Shown here in pieces: positions 25,233-38,953 of a stretch of 64,000 bases of DNA. Each line of letters starts with the position of its first letter. Positions within the stretch are counted from its first letter, which is position 1. The position numbers and the translations under genes are program-made. The stretch is from NCBI GenBank assembly GCA_051294905.1, contig CM119372.1, forward strand, positions 15,440,001-15,504,000, given 5' to 3'. The stretch is from Botryllus schlosseri (Eukaryota). The notes under the pieces are model-generated. The model saw only the letters and a program-made list of their open reading frames with translations. It did no database searches and was not told the origin of the DNA.

Positions 25233-26456
25233 ATCCTGAATTATTGATCGCACCGCCCACGTTAAGTTATTCTTTCGCGGATTTCCAGTGAAACATTCAG
25301 TGCAATCTACGTCCCGGTTCGTGCTTGATGTTGAACTACCTGCCGACCCCTTGAAGATCATCCATGACGTTGACTTGCTTGAGCCGTGTCTTAAGAAAAG
25401 ATGTTTATGCCTATCCCATACTTTGCATTTGGACATTGTGACACTTTTGTTTGAACATTCGTCGAACAAGTATCATGTTGTCGCAAGTTTTATAAATGGT
25501 GCAAGTCTATTTATTTCAGCCGAAAGGTAACAACGTTCACGATTATATGGATCATTTCAGGATTTGGAAGTTATTTTGCTAGGGGTCACACTCAATCCTG
25601 GTAATTTCACGGTACAACTGCGCTGAAATGCCGAAGAGGTTTATCGGTCATCATCTTCTCTAAATTACAATTTTAAAGTCTGTCATTAGTGTTTCGTTTA
25701 GTTCTGTTGCGGAATGCCATGTTATCCCCTCTCTGAAAATGGGTAGATGTCTTGTTAATGGAAGTGATCGACTTCGATGGTATTTTGTTTGGCGATTTGT
25801 GTTCTGAGGCGGCAGAAGTTAACATGAAATTTTACCGATCCCAAACTCTGATAGCGTTAGAGTGTGCCTGATTGAGATCTCAATTTCTTCTTGTCTCTGA
25901 CAGACTCTAGGTGGGTGATTTTGCGCGCTCATGCTCTTGATGAAATGTGCTGTCATCAAGAACAATACAACATGTGTTTTCTTGTAATTTGTATATCTGA
26001 TATTATTGTTTCTACGTGAAATTGTATGTATACTATTTTCATTCGATCGAATATCGCTGGTTTCATTCTTGTCTGAAGGACTTTGGGTTTCCTGAAGGTT
26101 ACATACATGTATAGAAGTGGCAGTTTACTTGTTAGCATTATTGTGTGAAGTATAAGTATGTTGGGTAATTTCGGGAACTTCTTCAAAAGTTACGGTAAGA
26201 AGACTCACGCCGGGGTAGTTGACTTCATGCATGTGTATCAGGCGTCAGTGAAAGATCTTGTGAAGTAACTGAAAGTGTGTTGCAACAATTCGACATATCC
26301 TTTCACATCCACTAATGCTGTGGACCCACGACTTGACAGCACACCTTGTGGTTTAAGATTACTACCGACTCGTCGGTTGGCAATGTTTGTAGAACGTTCT
26401 TCTGCTTGAAGGGCACATGCTAGCTCTATGATTACGAAGGGGCGCTAGTCCCAAGT

Positions 26457-27015
26457 ATCATCATCATCATTGGTTTATTAGCAATTTGATCAGTTCAATC
26501 CACCACAAAAATGCGATGCAATGAAAAGACGGGAAGATGTCGAAGCGACTTGGAGTAGTCTATGGAATCAGACACCTACCTTGGCCTAGGCCAGTGGTTC
26601 CCAACGTGGGCGATATCGCCCCCAGGAAGGGGGGGGGGAATGACGAAGGGGGTGACAGGGGGGCGATGACGCGTTAAAACGGCTGCCTTTTTTTTCTAGT
26701 CAACCCACGGAAATTTACTTACAAAAGTGTGTCAAATTAGACATCGAGCCGAAAATTTGACCTTTTTTTTTCAGTCAACCCGCCGGTGATTACAGTTTGT
26801 ATGCCCAATTTTCGGTACACAAAATTTGGGGGGCGATTGTCGGTGTTGACCTTGAAAAGGGGGCGATGGGTCGAAAAAGGTTGGGAACCACTGGCCTAGG
26901 CGATGTAAAGAGGAGGCATACACACTGAATGGAAGTAAAGAAGATAGTATAGAAAAAAACTACAAGAAATCGGGCGGCATGTCATGGGAAGCGAGATCAA
27001 TAGGTCAGTCGTGGT
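26457..27015 (-). mobile_element. Second copy of the LINE 3' end, interrupted by a MITE
   Basis: Aligns with the reverse complement of ~7685-7938 and starts with an (ATC)n tail. Confidence 0.7.
26592..26893 (+). mobile_element. hAT MITE inserted into the LINE fragment
   Basis: TIRs CAGTGGTTCCCAAC / GTTGGGAACCACTG with a perfect TSD GCCTAGGC (26584-26591, 26894-26901). The empty site is visible at 7803-7810. Confidence 0.92.
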
Positions 27016-27521
27016 CCGGTAATCTTGAGGATGGACTGTATGAATCTACTACGCGAAGCAAAGGTCTACGCGAGAAAAAAATGCCCGCACATCTTAATGC
27101 ACACACGCCAAATTGAAAAGAAGGGAGAAATGGGTCCGGCCATCCGCGGGACATACAGCGACATGCTTATTGCTAAGTGCAGACGTGTTGATCAGGTCAC
27201 GTGATTACTGCGGTTGAGTGATTTATAGAAGCGGCTCATTCGCAAACAGCTCATGCCAATTCCGGTGTACAAATCCAGATTTAGCATTCACCGGCTGCAA
27301 TGCGAAGTCGGTATTTGGGTATTTGCAGGTGGCGGGGCCTTCGCGCCTTTGAGATTACACATCGTGTGGCATAATTTCACTGAATATTGTATGTACGCTA
27401 ATTTTAATGCATTTTGTGCCGTGTGACAGGTGTTTAGGCATCTATTGGATTGATATCATATAGATGTTGCACTTGCAATGATATTAGGTCTGTTCCTGCA
27501 ATCATAGAAACTCGTTGCAGA

Positions 27522-30500
27522 ATGAGTACCGTCGCCAGACTCACTAGCCCAAGTGCAATAACATCTCTTATTACGGTTGTCGTGTTGGCTCTGTGCTGCT
27601 TGGTAGGATTTTCCTCGAGATTATTTGCTGTCATTCGATTCGAGAGCATCATTCATGAATTCGACCCTTGGTGAGTTGTAAATTCTGTTTAAATCCTGAT
27701 CGTTTGGTGGTGTACTTTTAATGAATCATTTTGGAAATTTTCTTGCCAAAAATCATTATTCAATGAATTTGCCTTCTTTGCCTGCCGAGCGAGATAGTGT
27801 AATGGTTATGCGTCCGGCTTCTCGAGCGGTAGGTCGTGGGTTCGATCCCCGGCCGGGTCATACCAAAGACTCGAAAAATGGTATCCGCAGCTATCCTGCT
27901 AGGCGCTCAGCAATCACGGATAGCATGAAGGAGAAAAAAAACGGGGGTGCAGACTAGATGACCTCATGGGCGATGGGGCCGTATCGCAACTCCGTCGCCA
28001 AAGCATCTCGATGGTGCAAGCGAGAAAGAATATCATATCTCTCTCTATATATATATATATATATTTGAGCCAATGAATATTAGAATTTGTGTATTAAGCT
28101 TTTTCTTTACGGTTGGCAATTGGATGTCAAAGTTGAAATACACCATCACACTGATGCAGTGACGTTTGCTGGAGATCAATCCAAAGTATATTTTACTAGC
28201 TTTACATCTTTAAAGGAGGTCATCCTAGCCTTAGCAGAGCTGGAAGAAAATTGGTAGCTAAGATATGAATGATCAAATCATTCAAATATCTTTCTAAATT
28301 TTATAGTAGTTCAAGTTGCTTTTGAGATTTCTTTTGTTAGGTTTTCTTTTGTCTTATTGCTGTGAGAATGAAAATGTCACAATTACATCACAGCTTTCTT
28401 GGTCTTTGTTATTTACCTCATGTGTTGTGTCAAACAAATCATGTGGAAGGTCTGGCCAGCAGACTAAATTTGCTGGCTGGCTGGTTATATCCAACAATTC
28501 CATAATGGATCCTAACTAATACATTGGTATTAACTTGAGTACTGCAGTCAGCATACCATACAGCCTAGGCTCATTCAGATTCCAGTATATTTAATTGTTG
28601 TTGTATCAATGCAATGTTATAATTGAACTAGGTTCAACTATCGTGCGACACATCATCTGAGTGAAAATGGATTTTACAATTTCCTCAATTGGTTTGACGA
28701 ACGGGCATGGTATCCACTGGGAAGAATTGTCGGAGGGACGGTATGTTCATAAGTTTTTTTTAGCAAAACAGATGTTTGTAATTTATTACCATGTCAAGAT
28801 TCTCAAAATTTTAGACTGTGGTCCGTTTTCCGATTTGTTACCTGCACTAATCTTCCAATACTCGGAACAGGTGTTTCCCGGGTTGATGGTAACGGCTGGG
28901 GCCTTGCATTGGCTATTGAACGCCCTCAATATCACGATCCACATCAGAGATGTGTGTGTGTTTCTTGCTCCCTTATTCAGCGGGTTGACGTCCATTTCTA
29001 CTTTCCTATTAACAAAGGAATTGTGGTCTCCTGGTGCTGGGCTATTCGCGGCTTGCTTCATTGCTATAGGTGAGTTTGTGGAAATAGAAAAAAATGCGTA
29101 CTCGTGTAGATTTTGCATACTTGCATTAATTAAGTGGTTATATTTTAGATTTAGCCTATCATTTTTTACGCTTTCATTTTGAAAGGAGAAAGTAGTTGAG
29201 ACAAATTTGCATAAAAACCATGTAGTCGCATCTACTTGCAACCGAGTATAAATTTATGGTATTACTCTTACTTTAATAGCAACGCTGAATACTTTGTGAG
29301 CATCTGATCGATTGTGGCATTCCTCATGTCGATATCGGGTGGTGTTTCATTATCTTAAACTCCCCATTTTTTCATGTTAGTTCCTGGGTATATCTCAAGA
29401 TCAGTTGCCGGCAGTTATGACAATGAAGGCATTGCGATCTTTGCTCTGCAATTCACGTATTTCCTGTGGATCAAATCAGTGAAGACAGGCTCTGTTTTCT
29501 GGTCGGTTTGTGCAGCCGTCTCCTATTTTTACATGGTAAGTAGCTGACGATTACAGTAACTCGTTTTAATATGGATGTGCAAGTAATTGTATTGAGTGCG
29601 GACGGGCTGAGCAAATATGTATTAAACGTTTCATCATTTTGATGTCTCTCTCTTTGAATCCTGATTTAATTTCAGTATGTGTAATTGCACATACCTCAAC
29701 ATTTTGATATTCAAAGGGTGCAAAATTTCCCAATCTACGTACAATGGAAAACACTACCAGTAATACAATTTTATTTTATGTCACAGGTGTCAGCATGGGG
29801 AGGCTACGTATTCATCATCAATTTGATTCCACTCCATGTCTTTATACTTTTACTTATGCAGAGATACTCAACTCGAGTGTATGTCGGTATGTACATGTTG
29901 GTGTTATGATAATTACGTGAGCATTTTTGATATGCGGCAGTTGGATACTTGCCATACTTTATTAGATTTTGATGAGAAGCACATATGGCAATGATCAATG
30001 ATAATGATTAACCTCTTGTCCTCTGTTGGTTGACGAACGCCATCTTGTTTCAGCATACACAACATTTTTCATACTGGGACTGTTGTTGTCTATGCAAGTA
30101 CCGTTTGTAGGTTTCCAACCCATTCGCACAAGTGAACACATGGCATCGGCAGGTAATGTTACTGATTCCGTTTTGTGGTGTGGCAAATTTTAACATTTCT
30201 AATTTTGTGTCAGGGGTGTTTGCACTGCTCCAGGCCTACTGCTTTTTTGATTACTTGCGATCCAAAATGACTGCCCAACAGTTTCGGGCGCTGTTTTATT
30301 TTGCTGTTCTGGCCGCTGCCGGGTTGGTGTTTGCCACTGTTGTCGGCCTGACTTACGCAGGTATGGAATATCTTTTCTATTTGAGGTGACGCAATAATCG
30401 TATCCGTGGAAACCGAATGAGGATATAAGAATATTATTTCAATGAACCAAATTTGATGCGACCATGTTGCAGCTAAATCTTTGATTCATCACGACACACG

Positions 30501-33500
30501 CAGGGCCAATACGAAGGGAGCATGGAATTATACCAACTTAAATTGTCATGATCCCATTGTTTTGGTGGTTTATAGTTCGGCTATATTCGATTGATTGATT
30601 GTTGTATTCTTACCAATTGCATGATTTGCAAATAAAGGTGAACTGCTAGTATAGAGCCCTAATGATCCATGATGCTGATCATGATTTTGGAAGTAGGACC
30701 AACGCCATGTCTCGAGCAAATAGCGCACAGAAATGCATCAACATATTATGTTGCCATGACACGGCAGTTAGAGCCACTGTTTTGGTGATCTATAACTATA
30801 TTAAATCAGTCAATTTTTGTGTTTGAATCAATTGCATTGTTAGCTGTTAAAGGTGTCACTAGAATAGAGCCATGATGATCCACAATAGGCTTGGAAATGA
30901 AGCATCCCACTGAAAAACGAAGATGTTGATTTAAGGTCAAATTTTAGCCTGGTTTGACAGGTGTGGCTCGCGAGCGATCAATAGGTCTGAATCCACCCTG
31001 CAACCCAAATTAAGCTTGACAAATATAATCTGATGAATATATATATACATACAAGTCTGTTCGAGCTGTCTAGATATGGGTATAACGATTGACTTCATTT
31101 CCTCATGTCATATATCAGGCATAATCGCGCCGTGGAGCGGGCGTTTCTACTCGTTGTGGGACACCGGTTACGCCAAGATCCATATACCGATCATAGCGTC
31201 GGTATCGGAGCATCAACCCACGACGTGGTCTTCATTTTTCTTCGACCTGCACATTCTGTGCTGCACATTCCCTGCCGGACTCTGGTTCTGTATCAAGAAA
31301 GTCAACGACGAGCGTGTCTTCAGTGAGTCGCTCTCGACGCGTCTGGCTATTTTTGTGCTTTACCCTCGGCTTGTGTATTTTTCCAGTCATTCTGTACGCC
31401 ATCTTTGCGTCGTATTTTGCCGGCGTCATGGTGAGATTGATGCTAACGCTGACGCCGTGCGTGTGTGTTCTATCAGGAATCGCGTTTTCCAATACTTTCA
31501 GCATTTTTTTGAAGGTGACTGATCCCGCTGACTGGCGTTTTTTTTCTCTTTTGCTTGACGGTCTTTTTGCTTTTAGGAGGAGGAAACGGAAGAGGAACAA
31601 AGAAAATCGGTTAGTGCCGTTGTTGTATTGTTCATGATAGTGTAACGCGGGACTACGCTAGTCTTTCCTGTTGCTAGGATCGTATTTCGCCGTTGTATAT
31701 ATGAACAGTTTCGATTATGTTTGCAAATGAGTGTCAACCTCAGTAATGCTGATTTCGCGTGTGATTTGCGGTCCGAGATATAATTCGATCTATCTTCACC
31801 CATACCGTAGGTAACAACACGACTAGGGTAACCGAGTGATTCTATCATAGGCGTAACCAGGAGGGAGTGAAAGAGGCTATATATATCCCCTTGAAATTTG
31901 TATGTAGACTAACATATGTAGAGTATTTCTGTACTGATTTGATCAACTTGATTTTACTATACTAAAAATGAAAGTAAAAAACACATTTTGGGGTACTGAT
32001 AAAGTGCTGCAACGGCACTGCTTAAAACAAACACTTTCCCTGAACTTGTCAATCAAGTATGAAGTTTCGAGTCGAATAGAGTAGTCAAATAGGAATAGGA
32101 CATCATATATTATTGTCCTTGATGTTTTTGTGGCATGTACACTGACTCATGCTGCACATACATACACACGGTCTGTGCATATACATACCGTGAGTTCATG
32201 TTGCGCATATGCCGCTGGACAAGGAAGGTGCAGATGTAGCCTTTTGAGACTTGCTAAGCCATAGATAACAGTTTTACCGATCACCTCTTCGGTCTGATCT
32301 GGCTGGAGATTGAACCAATGGCCTATGGATCAAGGAGCAGAACGCTCCACCGTTATGCTATCTTGTCGGCAGCATCGCCGTAACAGTGAGAAATGTCCAG
32401 ATCGGCGGTGAATCGTTAGACGGTGATGACAGCGATGACGAATCCATTCCGGAGAAGAAAGTGTCGAAAAAGAAGCGTTCGTCAGCCCCCGGTGTCGTCG
32501 TGCCGAAAAAGAAAGACGAAGACAACTCGCTCGGCCACAATTTGCGGGTGGGTGTCGCGGTTTTGAATCTCGTGATGTGTTTTTTCAACTGTCTTCCTTG
32601 CAGATGTTTGTGATTGTGATGATGCTGATGATTTTGATGATGTTCGTCGTGCACTGCACGTGGGTGACCAGCAACGCTTACTCCAGCCCGAGCGTGGTGC
32701 TCGCGTCTTACAATAACGACGGGTGCGTGTGCTCATTACCTGAGGTGGTCTGTGACGAATTTCTTCTGCATTCTGAAACGAACCCGAATATTTTCTGGTG
32801 AACGTCAGCAACTAAAAGAGATTTTCATCAAAATACACAAATCTAGTTTCTGTCAACAGGAGTTCATTCACCATCTACAAATAGTGCATTGAGCTTAAAC
32901 GATATCTTAGCCCTGATTATTTGAAATTTCAATCCGGTGACGTCATATTTGGTGTTCCGATTGTTGATATACAATGCTCCATCCAGATCTGCACCAGTTG
33001 CTGACGATTACCCCTGACGAGTGTCAGCGTTAAATATTTGGGTTGATTTCAATATGAATATACTCTTCAATCGTATATTGAAGTTCTGTACCTCCCAGAA
33101 CTTCAGCCTTTTTGAATTGCTCGAGTAGCTTTTAGCCTGCTTGTACTACTCACTTAATGAGAGGTTTTTGGATTTACTTGTGAAGAAAGTAGCTTTGAGT
33201 GAAATTGTCATTGGCAATTGACTAATTTGGTCACCTTAGTTGATTGATAGGAGTGATTTATCCGTTCATCCATTTCTGTTGCATTTTCAGATCGAGAAAT
33301 ATTCTAGACGACTTCCGCGAGGCCTACTACTGGCTGAGACAGAATACCGACGAGAAAGCCAGGGTCATGTCGTGGTGGGATTACGGTTATCAGATTGCGG
33401 GAATGGCCAATCGTACCACGCTGGTCGACAATAACACTTGGAACAACAGTCATATTGCTTTGGTACGGGATTATGATTCATATCTTGTATCGGTTCCTGT

Positions 33501-36500
33501 GTGTGCGACGGTTTTCATGCTGGGCGTCGCTATATATTTAAGTAATTCTGTAGATTTCTACTCAATTGCAAGCAGAAGTAGCAATTTTCCAGATACATAA
33601 AAACTACTCAAGTGTCTGCATCACATAACAATTTCATCCAAATACTAGCTACTTGACAAAATATAGAACGGTGGTTTGGACCTCTGCTGTGGTACTGCCC
33701 CAAGGTAATTTAGATTTTAAACGGGGCGGAAATGCAAGTTAGATACATACATAACATGTATTTTTTAGTATATGTATGCTAAAGTTGGAAACTGGGTGCA
33801 CTAATGCCTCTATTTTTCTAAAGTCTATACCTCATTTTAAGTTGATTGTCTAATCGCGTAATGCAACAAGCAAAATTCCAGGTCAAGAACTTCTTATCTA
33901 AAACGTGGAAAGTGAGCAGTGTGGCTCTGTTTAGGTCGGCAAGGCGATGTCTTCTTCCGAAGATAAAGCGATTGAGATCATGAGAGAGCTGGACGTTGAC
34001 TATGTTCTTATCATATTTGGCGGGGTCATAGGTTACTCCGGCGATGACATCAACAAGTTCTTGTGGATGGTGAGTGTTTTTGAGTATGATTATTGTTGAG
34101 ATCTTTTGTAGATATAAGTAGAAACGTTATGATACGGCGAGAGATTGTGGTTTTCATACAACAAAATTGGTTGCTTCCCTGTATTTAGAATCTTTCGGTA
34201 GCACTGTTTTGTGTTTGATTTCAAGACTTTTTGAGCATATAATCTACGCTATCCTACATAAATTTCAAGTTGAATGTCTGTTTTATGGCTGGACTTAAAT
34301 CTGCGAGCAGGAATTTAGGGTTGCTTAGATACCGAGCACCTCCGATGGCCTGAAATGGAAGATTTCTATTTCTGTGGTTAAACGGATGCAAACCACGTTG
34401 ATAAAACCATAATACGGCAGACTGAAGTCCAAATCGAAGTTTCCAACGCTGTTCAAAGTTACAGATTGTCATTTAGTTCTCTGTAGTAGTGAGACGCATG
34501 TTTGACCGGCCGTTGAAATTATACGGCTGTTACAACCCACACCGCATGCGGTACAAAGTGTGACTATCTACATATACCAGATGTTAACTAATGTTTGCTT
34601 ACGGCAAACAGTACACCGGTATCCAATTTACTCTCACAAGGAGTCTCTTGACGGATATTCCTAGTGACGGGTGTGTGCCGTACAATATGTCGACAGGGAT
34701 GGTAATTGGTCAATGTAGTCACGGTTGGTACTCAAGTAGAAATAACGCTTAAGTAAGTAGTGTAAGTAAGCAAAACATACTGGAGTACTCCGAATTTGTT
34801 ACTGACCATGACCATTTTTATATGTTAGTTATTAGCGCATGCAATTTTTGAAATAAGTGAAAGTGAAATTTCAAATGTTTTTGATAATCGGACTGATTTT
34901 TGAGTACCGCCTGATCTGCTATCTAGTATGTGCTTACCAGGTTCGCATCGCCGAAGGGGAGCATCCGAAGGATATCAAAGAATCCAACTATTTCACGCCT
35001 CAAGGAGAATTCAGAGTTGACAAGTCCGGATCGAAAACGTTATTGAACTGCCTGATGTACAAGATGAGTTATTACAGGTATGGGGTCGCGTCAACGAAAT
35101 TCTTTCGGCAGATCCGAACTTTGGCTTTTTCTATCAAGATTCGGCGACGTGCAGTTGGACTTCCGCAACCCGGCCGGGTTCGACCGAACCAGAAACGTGG
35201 AGATTGGAAATAAAAACATCAAACTGAAGCACTTGGAGGAGGCGTATACTTCGGAGCACTGGCTTGTCAGAATTTACAGGTATGTGGATTGTATCAATAG
35301 ACTGACAGGTTAGAGACTTTTTCCACCCATTTGATGCATCATTACCTGATGTAATACCTGTTGTAAACTGTCAAATGTGGCCCGTCAACATTGAAATCTA
35401 CTTTTCAAAACTAAAGTACTTTTTAGGCCTTCAGTTTCTAGTATGTGTAGTAGTGTTTAAAATTGCTACTTCTACTTGTAATTTAGTAGAAATTTATGGC
35501 GTTACTTGCACTTGAGTAACATTGTTTTGTTTACTACTTTTACCACATCTGGGTGAAAATCATTGTACTCGTCCGTTTCAGAGTGAAGAAACCCTCAAAC
35601 CGAATCAAACTGTCGCATCCGCTCACCCACAAGCACTACAAAACTAAATATATATCCAAGAAGGTGGGTGGAATTATTTCACTTTGTTTTGACAATTGCA
35701 AGTACTTTTTTGGGGCACAAAACTTTAATATACAACATATTCATAATAAAAATATGTTTATTCCTTCAATAAAAATATGATTAACCCGAAACTTATCAAG
35801 CGGACACAGTTCAGGGGAAATTGTTAGCAAATGATAATTTTAAAACCTCTGGTTTAACTACATTGCACGCAATCAACTATGGAGTCATGGAACCAAATAT
35901 AACAAAGTGTAGGCCAGTGCTTTTCGACCTGTGGGATAATACGCACTTGTGCGAATGAAAATCCGGATGAGTGTGGGTGAAAACCGTAAATTATAATTTT
36001 AAATTTTTATGACATGGAATAATCTAAATGAACCTAATAGGTAATTCAATGGCAGTGTCTCCCTAACTTTTGTAGCTGCGATGCAATTGTTGCAACTTAT
36101 TTGACTTAGGATACACCACTAATCGTAACTTTGACAATAACTTTTTCTCTCACAAGGGTATAATTTTAGGTCGACATGGTGCCAGAGCTATCTTATTTGT
36201 TGAATTTATTGCAAAAAATCCTCTGGTAGTTTTTACATATCCAAGGTCACTGTTGGGTACTACTATAGCCAATAAATGAGACACAGAAAATATGGCTTGA
36301 ACATGAGAATCTGCTGACCTTTGATTTGAATTCATGATAAGATTTGTCTGACTGGTTTTTCTGGAAAATATGGACGAAGGCCATTAGGATGAACTAGTGT
36401 AGGGGTGAGCATGCTCAGGCCTATGAGTCTCATTTATTTCGAGGCCGACCCTTTTTGCGTTGGGGCACATGAAGACGTAACATTTTGGCCAACATACTGC

Positions 36501-37900
36501 CGATAAAATGCGGTGCCAAAAACATCAGCGGAAACAAAACCTTGGCCAAAAAAATGACCGTCTCTGGATGGCCAAACCTTTCGATATGGATATGCTCCGT
36601 TGTCGGCACCGAATACTACCTTTCTTGCAATCTGAGTAGACAGTAGTACAAATACAACGAGCAGAGGAATTTAAATCATCCCTGTTTGAAAACGCATGCG
36701 TCAGACATGTTTCGTGTCATCGTAGCCTACTACTGTAATATTGTAAATGCATTCTTTTTCATGTGTGAGGCTCGGGTCGCGAGATGCCACTAAAAGTCTG
36801 GTTTTTGTCGTGGTCTAAGAAGCTGGTTACTGGTTATTGAACTGTTATGAACTTTTAAGTTAGATTGAGCTAAAGAGCCGAACACACGGTATCGCGACTT
36901 TCTCTGAGATCTTTGTGATATCTCTCAAAAACGATTTCTGCCAGCAAGCATTTTACTATATTTTCATGATGAATGTATATTTTGCGAGTTTGTTTTCTTA
37001 TCCCTTCTTTCACATCCAAATCCTCGCACGTAGCCACTTTTCACGGACGGGTAGGAAAGGAGCATTTTAGTGATTATCGCAAATACATGTTACCATGTGT
37101 TTGTATCAGTCGGTGCCTGTGATGGCCTGCGTCATATATATTTCTGTAAAAAGTTATTTTGTCATTTATCATATTTTCCAATAATAATGATCTGTCCACT
37201 ACACCGTCCTAAAAACTGATTGACCTTGTCAGCTTGGGTCAAAAAATATTGCTGATATGTCAGTTATAGGCTGATTGACACATTAAAAATTTTCGGTATC
37301 GGTCGGCCTATCACTGGATTCCGAAGATCGGTCGAAATACTCCAGGAAGCTCTTACCTGACTAGTCATAATCATTTCCAGCCATCATCTAATCCAGTGGT
37401 TCTAAATTTTTTTAGACACGCCCCCTTAATGATAGTGAAAAATGTCGCGCCCACCTTGTCGTTATATCACAAAATGCAACCACTATGCTGGCAATCTGGA
37501 CGGATAGCTTGATGGCATGGAAGATTATAACTGTTGATGAGAGAATTCCAAATATGAAATTCGGACTATACACAGAACAATAACTATGAATTAGAGGTAA
37601 ATGCCTCGGAGGTCGAAAAAATTTTCAGCTGACCACAGCTACGCACCCCCCTTCAGATGCTCTCACCCCTCCAGTTTGGGAACCACTGGTCTAATTAATC
37701 CATGTTAGGCCTATATTGCGAGCTGTGGTAACATACTCGTTAAATTCGTAGAAGCATTCAATTATATTTTGCAAATCGTATAGACCAAAAAGAAGAAGAG
37801 AGGTTTTGTGAGAGTAAAAAATATTCCAAAAGTCGTGAAAGGCAAGCGTGACCGAGCAAAGTCGACGAAACGCGTTGCAAAGAAAGCAAAGGCAACATGA
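27522..37900 (+). CDS. STT3B: Dolichyl-diphosphooligosaccharide-protein glycosyltransferase catalytic subunit STT3B
   Basis: Exons 27522-27670, 28632-28740, 28871-29069, 29381-29535, 29787-29886, 30054-30152, 30214-30360, 31119-31322, 31387-31514, 31577-31609, 32401-32547, 32604-32722, 33291-33462, 33935-34069, 34941-35077, 35139-35279, 35582-35663, 37784-37900. Motifs: [57 protein letters not shown]. The basic tail [13 protein letters not shown] is B-type. Confidence 0.96.
27784..28062 (+). mobile_element. tRNA-derived SINE in STT3B intron 1
   Basis: A-box TAGTGTAATGG, B-box GGTTCGATCCC, then GGGTCATACCAAAGACT..AAAAATGGTA..CCTGCTAGGCGCTCAGCA, which resembles a conserved central domain of invertebrate SINEs. 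It ends in a (CT)n(AT)n tail. Confidence 0.75.
32778..33100. repeat. Dispersed repeat with subterminal inverted repeats and a fixed 3' hairpin tail
   Basis: GATTACCCCTGACGAGTGTCAGC..TTCAATATGAATATA..TATATTGAAGTTCTGTACCTCC. Related pieces occur at 13416-13546, 15425-15530, 50960-51320 and 60825-60918. Confidence 0.65.
37394..37688 (+). mobile_element. hAT MITE, ~300-bp family (older copy)
   Basis: CAGTGGTTCT...GGGAACCACTG. TSD ATCTAATC/GTCTAATT has 2 mismatches; the body aligns with 42312-42627. Confidence 0.85.
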
Positions 37901-38060
37901 AGACTAGACTTGGATAGTCGATGCTCCAACTTGCTAAGAAGTCACCAAGCTTTTTCTTGCTGCTAGATCGTGTAAACTTGATAGCTGTTTTCTATGGAAT
38001 ATCTGTGTCCAATATTATTTGGAAATTGTGTCAAACAAATTATCCTGCAACATAGGATGG

Positions 38061-38066
38061 AATAAA
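38061..38066 (+). promoter_or_regulatory. Candidate polyadenylation signal for STT3B
   Basis: AATAAA 160 nt after the stop codon, followed by T/GT-rich sequence. Confidence 0.55.
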
Positions 38067-38953
38067 GTTCGAATTGAAAAACGCCAATCTTTGTTCCGTC
38101 TTGCATGGCTTGGGTGTTGAGTTGATTTTCTGAAGTGCATTGCTTGCAGTGATGTGGAGTGGACAGTAGTCCTTTCCTTGCCTAGGAATAAATATCTCGT
38201 ATGTTCTACACGTCAACTTAGGCTCGATTTTAACCAGTAGTAGCGTTAAAATTTCAATTTTTAATTTCTACCATAAAATAATTACATTGGCAAATTTCGT
38301 CACTTCGCCATGACCAAACATCATGGACATTCAGGCTTGATTGATCGTGTCAGCAGGTCGTTTGGCTATGTCGGGTCACCAACGCGGGCGCCAGGTCGCC
38401 CGTCAGGACCAAAAGAGCCGCAAACATTCAAATGAGAGCTTTGCAGGTGGAAGTGGAGAGCAGTTGGACAATGAACATGGGTCAATCGAACATGTGAACG
38501 CAGTATTCGATCTGGGCGTTGCTCGTCTTCGCTCTCGCCTAGGCGTAACGGGAGTCTAGTTAATAGTCCCGAACATAGGCGCTTCGACGCACACTGCGGC
38601 GACATAAATGAACTCGTGACTCCAGGTTGGAGTCCCGGAGAGTTGACTGTTCTTGGTAACCAACGGGAAGCCTGTCCAGTAAGTGACGAAAACCAAGACA
38701 CTAGTAACTGGTAGCCCTTCGCATTTCGCACGAGGGAGACAGTGGAGTGGTGACGATAAGCGCCACCGCCAGGGCGGCCCGGGTTCCATTCCACGTCGGA
38801 GGTTATTCTGAGCTCATCTTCCCCCCGCGTCGCTATGTTCTTACGACGACAAAAAGCCCAGAAAAAGAACCCAGAAAGAGCGCACTCTCAACAGGCTCAA
38901 GGAATGGAAAGAGCAAGGGGGCGCGGAACAGAGATGACAAATTGACTATCATT

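Noticed and set aside
27784..27860. Possible tRNA gene
   Set aside because: It has A/B boxes but no clean acceptor stem or T-run terminator, and it runs into a SINE body and microsatellite tail.
31577..32547. 33-nt micro-exon and charged insert in STT3B as a novelty
   Set aside because: It corresponds to the variable acidic/basic loop expected in STT3B-type proteins.
28786..32811. Antisense ORFs over STT3B exons (and similar ones over STAM and the ZNF598-like gene)
   Set aside because: These are shadows of real coding exons with no independent motifs.
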